Part shown: positions 37,901 to 45,234 of the stretch, one piece after another
Position numbering within the stretch: the first letter of the stretch is position 1
How the letters are laid out: each line of letters begins with the position of its first letter
DNA from: Macrostomum lignano
Lineage: Eukaryota
Direction of reading: 5' to 3'
DNA length: 64,000 nt
NCBI GenBank assembly: GCA_002269645.1
Contig: NIVC01000434.1
Span: 62,001-126,000 of the forward strand
The notes under the pieces: model-generated
What the model saw: only the letters and a program-made list of their open reading frames with translations
The model's database searches: none
Told to the model about the DNA's origin: nothing
Program-made: the position numbers and the translations under genes

Positions 37901-38460
37901 AATTAATCAATCAATCAAGCAATCAATCACCAATCAATCAAGCAATCAATCACCAATCAATCAATCAAGGAAGCAAGCAATCAACCAGTCAATCAATCAA
38001 GCAATCAACCACCAATTTATCAATCACCAATCAATTAATCAGTCAATAAAATACTCAATCAACCAGTCAATCAATCAATCAATCAAGCAATCAACCACCA
38101 ATCAATCAATAACCAATCAATTAATCAGTCAATCAATTACTCAATCATCCAAAGAACCAATCAATCAGTCAATAAATCAATCAATCCCTTAGCCCTCACC
38201 CGCAGTAGCTCGCCCTCAGCCAATCGATTTCGGCTTTCGAATTCGCGGAACACCACGGCCGGTCCCGGGATGAGGACGCCGCCCATGTCGAATACGACGG
38301 CTTTGTAGGCGCCGTTACCGCCGGCCCCGGCGCCGCCGCTGCTGGCCAAGCAGCGCGCCAGATTGGCGCCACTGCCAACACCGCCGTGCATCAGCAGAGG
38401 CGCCGCAGCGACTCGCTTCAACAACAGTGCCGCCGATTTTGGCGACGAATATCGAAGCAT
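10227..38460 (-). CDS. ACAD10: Acyl-CoA dehydrogenase family member 10, 9 exons: join(38460..38200, 37127..36837, 29493..29335, 28224..27730, 27173..26889, 23372..23101, 22667..22169, 21354..21000, 10795..10227); 3186 nt, 1061 aa
   Basis: All eight introns are GT-AG with compatible phases (0,0,0,0,0,2,0,1). Domain order is an Arg/Ala-rich presequence, HAD domain ([23 protein letters not shown]), APH-kinase domain ([20 protein letters not shown]) and ACAD domain ([43 protein letters not shown]). The HAD domain distinguishes ACAD10 from ACAD11. Confidence 0.96.
10812..11260. repeat. 21-bp minisatellite (AATTGGGGTGGAGTGAAGGAT)
   Basis: Directly visible; begins ~15 nt from the ACAD10 exon 9 acceptor. 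Confidence 0.95.
11265..12350. repeat. 22-23-bp minisatellite (GGGCGGATAGAATACAGGTAGAA)
   Basis: Directly visible. Confidence 0.95.
13621..15111 (+). CDS. Intronless ankyrin-like/SOCS-box protein (ASB-like, 496 aa), nested antisense in ACAD10 intron 8
   Basis: Long GC-rich non-repetitive ORF with the first ATG at 13621. It has an ankyrin-like segment ([26 protein letters not shown]) and a C-terminal SOCS-box-like motif ([16 protein letters not shown]...[10 protein letters not shown]). Confidence 0.8.
   Translation: MSQTGCLVRSKRASTKSNNSTASTVSSGTGAAGGAACLFGACFGAGAGAGSGAAGRANPVNADAIEKLTERLAYHIQLGNTRSVERILRKLRAVPPSKVVVSVKRRHLSPNFLAWTNRSQDPFLHFHQECSPVVWAVDNQQWQMLPILAKYGHDPNRPLQCKRWNFSPASSNRSAMVPYKKFWTKGRYTYQSALDYYFGSIYEFLGEEMQRMSSSAVGYSSPSTFYYFFQQLPQLLLRGIDVHRIDSIILFNSLGYSLNWYLTKYTNENNTVPDIPEQNDSCAEIFTVRSLIKAGFSEFECLEFLSSSHNWFGILICLLCHPRLDQYGSNIQLPPIIQEAALLLINFLSLSSSHPTSEEISESLENLSLRKLYAKRYSQRRQEFKDNLETLQRACSDFNKRPMSLRLQARNAVRRNIGGVDFGAKLRRLAQTFPAEVVAFLSYVDMDSLHLLHPPRVLLKLAKRENPFSTEDAAEASSSDGESAGSTSHEGEVSVV
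16140..16406 (-). mobile_element. tRNA-derived SINE with CORE(MIR)-like central domain
   Basis: The minus strand has an A box (TAGCCTAGAGG) and a B box (GGTTCGATTCC). These are followed by CCCTTGAGCAAGACACAACTC...CTTCAGTTCACTTTGCTGTAAAATGGG, which resembles the MIR/CORE motif CCTTGGGCAAGTCAC...CTCAGTTT...CTGTAAAATGGG. Confidence 0.8.
16453..16637. repeat. 24-bp tandem repeat (GTGGCGCCATCTCAAGCATTGATT)
   Basis: Directly visible, ~7.5 copies. Confidence 0.95.
17040..19690. repeat. 16-bp monomer array grading into a 48-bp (3x16) higher-order repeat
   Basis: Irregularly ordered CAGCTCAAAACTACAT-type monomers occupy 17040-17760; a fixed 48-bp trimer runs from ~17760 to ~19620. Confidence 0.95.
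20325..20882. repeat. ~14-bp minisatellite (GTGTCAGTCAAAAA)
   Basis: Directly visible. Confidence 0.93.
21000..21354 (-). CDS. ACAD10: ACAD10 exon 8
   Basis: AACCAG|GTG...G|GTGAGT; [11 protein letters not shown]...[16 protein letters not shown]...DAP. Confidence 0.95.
21357..22125. repeat. 30-bp minisatellite filling most of ACAD10 intron 7
   Basis: Unit GGGGTGTTGGATTGGGGATTTCGGGTAACT. Confidence 0.95.
22169..22667 (-). CDS. ACAD10: ACAD10 exon 7
   Basis: CAACAG|G CGC...GAG|GTTTGT; [12 protein letters not shown]...GLWNLFLP...[12 protein letters not shown]. Confidence 0.95.
22700..23097. repeat. 37-bp minisatellite filling ACAD10 intron 6
   Basis: Unit CCCTAGCAACTGAGGATCCGAGAGGGTCTGCCAATCC; abuts the donor site. 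Confidence 0.95.
23101..23372 (-). CDS. ACAD10: ACAD10 exon 6
   Basis: CTCCAG|GTG...AA|GTGAGT; [15 protein letters not shown]...AAILQGVYK. Confidence 0.95.
23396..23606. repeat. 16-bp tandem repeat (TGCTACTGTTCCAGAG)
   Basis: Directly visible. Confidence 0.93.
23609..23781 (+). repeat. Dispersed ~175-bp repeat, similar to 42739-42921
   Basis: Shared blocks include ATTTAGGGGG.ATG....GTTATCTTTGTGAA, TTTAGAAAA, GAGATTC, GCAAACATCTTT, CAATTTTAC.CGAATAAG, TAAAACTGAAGA and GAATTGGTT. Confidence 0.8.
23782..24944 (+). mobile_element. LTR-like regulatory fragment (possible solo LTR) in ACAD10 intron 5
   Basis: Starts with TGT and contains a duplicated ~40-bp block with TGACGTCA (24206-24245, 24276-24315), TGAGTCA motifs and a TATA-like CTATAAATAGG at ~24347. 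No TSD could be confirmed, so the ends are uncertain. Confidence 0.4.
25520..26235. repeat. GA-rich minisatellite (~12-bp GAGAGAGGGGCG-type units)
   Basis: Directly visible. Confidence 0.92.
26889..27173 (-). CDS. ACAD10: ACAD10 exon 5
   Basis: CCGCAG|GTG...CAG|GTGGGC; contains the kinase motif [13 protein letters not shown]. Confidence 0.95.
27730..28224 (-). CDS. ACAD10: ACAD10 exon 4
   Basis: CCGCAG|GTG...CAG|GTTCGA; [11 protein letters not shown]...[22 protein letters not shown]. Confidence 0.95.
28250..28945. repeat. (AGAC)n-based microsatellite
   Basis: Directly visible. Confidence 0.95.
29335..29493 (-). CDS. ACAD10: ACAD10 exon 3
   Basis: TCGCAG|ATT...AAG|GTGAGA; [17 protein letters not shown]...[21 protein letters not shown] (HAD motifs). 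Not shown in the ORF track. Confidence 0.95.
29715..31265. repeat. 22-bp minisatellite (GAGAAACGTGCAAGAGGGAAAA)
   Basis: Directly visible. Confidence 0.95.
31800..34212. repeat. 52-bp tandem satellite, ~46 copies
   Basis: Unit TGTCTATCCCTCTCTCCGCCTGTCTTCTATCTCACTGTTCTATCCCTGATTG. Confidence 0.96.
34490..35080. repeat. 26-bp minisatellite (GGGTGCTGGTGATAAGAGGCCAAGGC)
   Basis: Directly visible. Confidence 0.95.
35470..35830. repeat. Degenerate ~19-20-bp repeat (AAATTACACAAATCCC-like)
   Basis: Directly visible, degenerate. Confidence 0.8.
36837..37127 (-). CDS. ACAD10: ACAD10 exon 2
   Basis: CGCCAG|ACG...GTG|GTGAGG; [19 protein letters not shown]...TALLTNNW...LFDV. Confidence 0.95.
37380..37445 (-). 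mobile_element. hAT-Charlie-type MITE terminus (fragment)
   Basis: Minus strand CAGGGGTCGGCAAACTTTTTTACCTCACAGGGCCAGATA...GCGGGCC resembles the left end of Charlie-family MITEs such as MER58 (recalled consensus). The opposite end was not found. Confidence 0.55.
37575..38190. repeat. Degenerate (CAAT)n microsatellite in ACAD10 intron 1
   Basis: Directly visible. Confidence 0.92.
38200..38460 (-). CDS. ACAD10: ACAD10 exon 1 (presequence and HAD motif I)
   Basis: ATG at 38460; [17 protein letters not shown]...[16 protein letters not shown]...GELLR|GTGAGG. Confidence 0.93.
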
Positions 38461-39365
38461 TTTCTTGTTTAAATGTTTATCGCTGTTTTACGGTATGTTT
38501 CTAAGATTTTTAATTTTTTGCAATGCTTCACAGCTCCTACCAGAAATAAATTTAGTTTCAGATTCAGAATTCAGAAATAGATTTCTTTCAGAATTTCGCT
38601 TAATTTATAGTGTAAATTTCGTTCATTTGTGAAGCGCTTGATGCATAAATTTCCAACTATAGAACTGCTATTGTTGTTCCGAAATCTCAAAACCAGAGGC
38701 CTGTGTAGCCTTTAAACATCTAACACCAAGGATCTCACATTTGAGAGCGGTTTTCCTAAGGTTTGACGTTCTAAACTAAATCCACAATTCCGTGACAAAC
38801 AATCAGCTTTGGCGGATCAGGATTATCTAATTTTTACAATCGACGGCATGTTGAATTAATCGATTGGATTCTAACGCTAAGAATTCGGATTTATTTATGG
38901 TAGACTTTGAAAAACAAATCCATTACACCCTACCGCTATCGCCGAAATAAGTAGGCTAGTCAGGACAATTCGATTTCTTAAAATCTCACCCAGTGGGACC
39001 ATAAAAATTTGGCCGCTGATAAGATTTACATGATAAAACATCCACTGAAACCTAGTTAATAACTGAGTAATAATAAGAAGCACTAAAGATAATGCGCGCC
39101 TTTGAACTTATTTTCTATTTATTGTATGTCACGAAAGTCCATTGACTATTGTAATTCACAAAATTCAGTTACGCAGGCGAAACAGTTAAAATGAAAACAA
39201 CGCTGCTAATAATTCGAACTGAATTGAATTAGCTCGTAAAATAAAACAAAACAATGACGCTTGCAATTAAAACAAAACGTGAGTATATATGTATTTATCC
39301 AGTTCTAACACTATTACAGTTAAATTCAATACTTTACAAGCAATTTTCATCGGTTGCAAAAAATT

Positions 39366-39646
39366 TTAAAAGTCCTGCTCGCTCCTGGCCTGCACTTCTT
39401 TCCAATAGTTGCCTCTATGCCGCAGAAATTGCGCAATCACAATCACGTGACCAATGCCTACCACTAGGACGAACAGATAGATTCTAAATTTCCTTCGAGC
39501 GTGCAGCCAAGCCGGCTTGTACACCGACTCGTAGTCAATGGAAGCTGGCACCGATTCCGTATTGGGGTATTTCTTAGCCAGAACTAGGATTCGCTTCTGC
39601 CATTCCGTTGGTTTCATTGCAATGCCTGTGCCGGTGTTGCTTGCAC
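39366..39646 (-). CDS. FAM162: FAM162 (UPF0389/DUF1075)-like protein, last or main coding exon
   Basis: KPTEWQKRILVLAKKYPNTESVPASIDYE...ARRKFRIYLFVLVVGIGHVIVI matches the family pattern (PTxWQKKIL...IPxxV, basic stretch, one TM helix). Acceptor GGCTCAG|GT at 39647/39646; in-frame ATG at 39617. The 5' exon is unresolved. Confidence 0.75.
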
Positions 39647-39724
39647 CTGAGCCCGGGGATACAAGTGGAGGGTTTGAGAAGTATAGCTTTTTTATAAATG
39701 AAGAGGGTAGTGGTACCCAGTGAA

Positions 39725-41298
39725 AGGAATGGAGAGGGTGTAGTAGGACTCCATCAAAGGAATGGGGAGGGTGTAGCAGGACTCCATCAAAGGAATGGGG
39801 AGGGTGTAGTGGGACTCCATCAAAGGAATGGGGAGGGTGTAGTGGGACTCCATCAAAGGAATGGAGAAGGTGTAGTGGAACTCCATCAAAGGAATGGGGA
39901 GGGTGTAGCAGGACTCCATCAAAGGAATGGGGAGGGTGGTAGCAGGACTCCATCAAAGGAGTGGGGAGGGTGTAGCAGGACTCCATCAAAGGAATGGGGA
40001 GGGTGGTAGCAGGACTCCATCAAAGGAGTGGGGAGGGTGTAGCAGGACTCCATCAAAGGAATGGGGAGGGAATAGTTAGTAGGACTCCATCAAAGGAATG
40101 GGGAGGGAATAGTAGGACTCCATCAAAGGAATGGGGAGGGAATAGCAGGACTCCATCAAAGGAATGGGGAGGGAATATTAGGACTCCATCAAAGGAATGG
40201 GGAGGGAATAGTTAGTAGGACTCCATCAAAGGAATGGGGAGGGTGTAGTAGGACTCCATCAAAGGAATGGGGAGGGAATAGTAGGACTCCATCAAAGGAA
40301 TGGGGAGGGAATAGCAGGACTCCATCAAAGGAATGGGGAGGGAATAGTAGGACTCCATCAAAGGAATGGGGAGGGAATAGTTAGTAGGACTCCATCAAAG
40401 GAATGGGGAGGGTGTAGTAGGACTCCATCAAAGGAATGGGGAGGGTGGTAGCAGGACTCCATCAAAGGAATGGGGAGGGTGTAGCAAGACTCAATCAAAG
40501 GAATGGGGAGGGTGTAGCAAGACTCAATCAAAGGAATGGGGAGGGTGTAGTGGGACTCCATCAAAGGAATGGGCAGGGTGTAGCAGGACTCCATCAAAGG
40601 AATGGGGTGTAGCAGGACTCAATCAAAGGAATAGAGAGGGTGTAGTGGGGCTCCATCAAAGGAATGGGGAGGGTGTAGCAAGACTCAATCAAAGGAATGG
40701 GGAGGGTGTAGCAGACTCTATCAAAGGAATGGGGAGGGTGTAGCAGGACTCCATCAAAGGAATGGGGAGGGTGTAGTGGGACTCCATCAAAGGAATGGGG
40801 AGGGTGTAGTGGGACTCCATCAAAGGAATGGGGTGTAGCAGGACTCAATCAAAGGAATAGAGAGGGTGTAGTGGATCTCCATCAAAGGAATGGGGAGGGT
40901 GTAGTGGGGCTCCATCAAAGGAATGGGGAGGGTGTAGCAGGACTCTATCAAAGGAATGGGGAGGGTGTAGCAGGACTCCATCAAAGGAATGGGGTGTAGC
41001 AGGACTCAATCAAAGAATAGAGAGGGTGTAGTGGGGCTCCATCAAAGGAATGGGGTGTAGCAGGACTCAATCAAAGAATAGAGAGGGTGTAGTGGGGCTC
41101 CATCAAAGGAATGGGGAGGGTGTAGTGGGACTCCATCAAAGGAATGGGGTGTAGCAGGACTCAATCAAAGAATAGAGAGGGTGTAGTGGGGCTCCATCAA
41201 AGGAATGGGGAGGGTGTAGTGGGACTCCATCAAAGGAATGGGGTGTAGCAGGACTCAATCAAAGGAAAAGAGAGGGTGTATCAGGACTCCATCAAAAG
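39725..41298. repeat. ~33-bp minisatellite (GGACTCCATCAAAGGAATGGGGAGGGTGTAGCA)
   Basis: Directly visible. Confidence 0.95.
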
Positions 41299-41597
41299 AG
41301 GTCAATTATATAAGTAAATTGGTTTTACTTACTTTTAAATGACTGGCAAAGATGAGCGATGCTCAAATTGGACCAAGGTAAAAGTTTGTATCGATGACAA
41401 AGCACAGAGAAAGACTTGAAAGCAAAACCATTCAATGCTGACATTGTCTGCATAATACTAGAAAGTCTAGATTTAATTTGGGCATGCATTCAAAATAATA
41501 AAATATGCTTATACAACATATTTGCTATATTTATAAAAGATAAAGTAAAAACAAAATATGTTAGACAATATATAAGCCATAAACTTAACTTGACCTA

Positions 41598-42525
41598 TAA
41601 ACCAAGGATTATTGCACTTGATAAACCAAGGATTACTGCACTTGATAAACCAAGGATTACTGCGCTTGATAAACCAAGGATTATTGCACTTAATAAACCA
41701 AGAATTACTGCACTTGATAAGCTAAGGATTACTGCACTTGATAAGCCAAGGATTACTGCACTTGATAAACCAAGGATTACTGCACTTGATAAACCAAGGA
41801 TTACTGCACTTGATAAACCAAGGATTACTGCACTTGATAAACCAAGGATTACTGCACTTGATAAACCAAGGATTACTGCACTTGATAAACCAAGGATTAC
41901 TGCACTTGATAAACCAAGGATTACTGCACTTGATAAACCAAGGATTACTGCACTTGATAAACCAAGGATTACTGCACTTGATAAACCAAGGATTACTGCG
42001 CTTGATAAACCAAGGATTATTGCACTTGATAAACCAAGAATTACTGCACTTGATAAGCTAAGGATTACTGCACTTGATAAGCCAAGGATTACTGCACTTG
42101 ATAAACCAAGGATTACTGCACTTGATAAACCAAGGATTACTGCACTTGATAAACCAAGGATTACTGCACTTGATAAACCAAGGATTACTGCACTTGATAA
42201 ACCAAGGATTACTGCACTTGATAAACCAAGGATTACTGCACTTGATAAACCAAGGATTACTGCACTTGATAAACCAAGGATTACTGCGCTTGATAAACCA
42301 AGGATTACTGCACTTGATAAACCAAGGATTACTGCACTTGATAAGCCAAGGATTACTGCACTTGATAAACGAAGGATTACTGCACTTGATAAACCAAGGA
42401 TTACTGCACTTGATAAACCAAGGATTACTGCACTTGATAAACCAAGGATTACTGCACTTGATAAACCAAGGATTACTGCACTTGATAAACCAAGGATTAC
42501 TGCACTTGATAAGCTACGGATTATG
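41598..42525. repeat. 24-bp minisatellite (ATAAACCAAGGATTACTGCACTTG), ~38 copies
   Basis: Directly visible. Confidence 0.96.
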
Positions 42526-42738
42526 CTACTAGCCTAGAAATGGACTAATGCACTACTGAGACATCGATTTTTCACTTGATGAGTAAAGGAATTTTGCACT
42601 AGATGAGGAAATGATTATTGCACTAGGTACTTGCTGTCTGGTAGATTTTTGCTATTTGGGGGATGCTTGCTATCTGGAAGATGCTTGCTATCTAGGGGAT
42701 GCTTGCTATCTGAGGGTGCTTGCTGTCTTGGGGATGTT

Positions 42739-42921
42739 TTCAATTTAGGGGGAATGTCTGTTATCTTTGTGAAAACTATATCTTGTTGTCTTTCTGTTAA
42801 TTTTAGAAAAAAGGAAAGAGATTCATTGCAAACATCTTTGTCTGTGACAATTTTACTCGAATAAGATGATTTATAAAACTGAAGAAGGAATTGGTTTTTA
42901 ACTTAAACAAAAACTTTTTAA
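42739..42921 (+). repeat. Dispersed ~180-bp repeat, similar to 23609-23781
   Basis: Same shared blocks as 23609-23781; preceded by a short TGCTTGCTATCT-type tandem array (42650-42738). Confidence 0.8.
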
Positions 42922-43104
42922 TAGTTAGTAGGATAGAGGTAAACATAAAATGGAGTACAATCGTGTAAAATTAGGATTTGAGGCAAGCATTTGATATTGT
43001 TGGCTGGGTGCCGCGCAGAATGTCTGTCTGACTCTAAAACATGTATTGGAAAACTCTGGCCTCTGCCTTTGACTTTCCCTACGTCCCTTGGATCCTTTGA
43101 AACT

Positions 43105-43497
43105 TATATCTTCTCTTCTGTTTCCTCTCTTCTCTCTCGTCCCTCGTCTTTTCTCTCTTTTCTCTCTCCTCTCGTATCTTCCTTCTCCCCTGTATTCTTT
43201 TCTCTATCCTCTCTTCTCTCTCGTCTCTCCTTTCTCCTCTTTTATCTCTTCTCATTTCTCTCTGCTCTCTACTCTCTCTTCTCTCTCCCCTCTTCTTATT
43301 CCTCACTCTCCCCTCTCTCAACACTTCCCTCTTCTCTCAACTCTCTCCTTTACTCTCTCCTCTCCACTCTTTACTCTCTCTCTCCTCTTATCTCGTCTCT
43401 TCTCTCCTCTCTCCCCTCTTCTCTCGTCTCTCTCTTTGCTATCTCATCTCCTTTCTCTTCTTTATCTTTTCTCTCTTGTCTCTTCTCATTTCTCTCT

Positions 43498-43560
<63 letters not shown>

Positions 43561-43985
43561 TCTCCTCTCCCATCTCTCATCTGTTCACTTTCGTCTCTGC
43601 TCTCTCATCCCCCTCTTTTATTTGTCATCTTTAGTGTCATCTTATTTGTTCTCTCACCTCTCTCCTCTGTACTCTTTTCTTTCCCCTTTTTTGACTCCTC
43701 GCATTCCTTTCTCCTTTCTTCTCTTCTCTTCTCTTCCTTCTTCTATACTACCTCCCTCTCTTGTCTCCTCTCTTCTCTCTCCACTCTCCTCTCTCCTCCT
43801 TTATCTCTTATCTCTCATTTCTTATCTCTCCTTACACCTCTCTTATCTCTACAATCTTATCTCTTCTCTCTTTCCTTTACTCTCTCATCTCTCCTTTCAT
43901 CTCTTTCCTCTCGCCTGTCTCCTGTCTCCTCTCATCTGCAGCTTTCTGCTCTCTCATCTCTACTTTCTTCTCTCTCCTCTTAACT
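43105..43985. repeat. CT-rich low-complexity tract with (CT)n core
   Basis: Directly visible. Confidence 0.95.
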
Positions 43986-45013
43986 CAATTTTACTTGAGT
44001 TACTCTCATCGTTGTTCTCATGCTTTGATCATGTCATCTTTCTTGCCAATTTGCAGTCCTGAAAGGAATTTGTGTATCTTCAGCTTCACTACAGTCTGCA
44101 TCAGTCTAACAACCAAGGAAATACGCATTTCTTAGGAGGCCATTTAAATTTAAAAGTACCTTTAAGAGAAACTTAAAATTTTCATGGTGTGACTAATTTA
44201 GTAGGGTTGAATTGCATTGCATCGCCTTCTCATAAATCTTTCGCTTTTACAAACCATGCTGGATTACCTGATTTGCCATCCACTGTTAAACTGCTGCAGA
44301 GTTTGCCTATACAGAGGACAGTGGTTAGAATTTCTCACTAAAGTTATGGATGGATAAACGTAGCCTCTCCATGGGGGAGCAGAGGAGGCCATAAACAAAG
44401 TGAGTGAGTGGCACAAAACAATAGAAAAAGCAGACAAACTTCACATGCTTACAGTTTCTGTTCTGATTGAGTTACAGAGTTACAGAGTTCCTCCTGAGTT
44501 ACAGGAGGATTTTTCATTTTGAGTTTGAGACTTTATATTTAGAGAGTTAATAAGTTAAAGAAGAATTGTGTCAAGTTTCAAGTCAATGGCAGGCAGGTGG
44601 AGGTTGGGGTGGCTGTCTTGCTGACAAAAAGCAGACTAACTTGAAAAAGGGCACAGCACCATTTGGGATTGACTTTGAGCCTCGATTGTGTCAAAATAGT
44701 TGAAGATTGGTTGTGTTGAATTTGAACAGGATTGGTAGAAGTGGAGTGGCACTATGGAGGATTTAATGAAAAAATTGTGCATTTTGAGCAGTTTTTTGCA
44801 CTTTTAGGTAGGAAGACTCAAATTTAGGAAATGTAAAGGTAGCCTAAGACATTCTCCATAGTGAGTTTAGGATGGGTGCAAAATTTGGTGTAATTTGGTT
44901 GAGTGGTTTGGGAGTCAGCGATAAAAATTGTACACACACAGATAGACAGTTTTGATTTTTATATGTAGAGATATATATATTATCATATACATATAAAATA
45001 GTAAAATGTATAT

Positions 45014-45214
45014 TGTGGCGAGTTGAGCCACGTAAAGTTTATTTGGAAGTAGCAGGGTGGAGGCGCGCGAGACAAAAGTCTAAAGTTATATAGGCCAGCG
45101 GTGTACACTGGGCAGCCAATCAACGCACAGCGACCGTGCACCTAGCGCCGGCCTCCCCGGCCGGGGTTGGGGTGGCTGCTGGAGCGCGTACGCGCGTGTG
45201 GCGTGACCGCCACA
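45014..45214 (-). repeat. 3' LTR of gypsy element
   Basis: TG...CA termini. On the minus strand a TATATAA box and AATAAA are present, and the LTR is preceded by the PPT CTGGGGGGAGCCA (45227-45215). Confidence 0.96.
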
Positions 45215-45234
45215 TGGCTCCCCCCAGCGCTGGC

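Noticed and set aside
41416-42537. 373-aa ALDKPRIT-repeat ORF
   Set aside because: Translation of a 24-bp array; starts at TTG in AT-rich sequence, with no unique domain.
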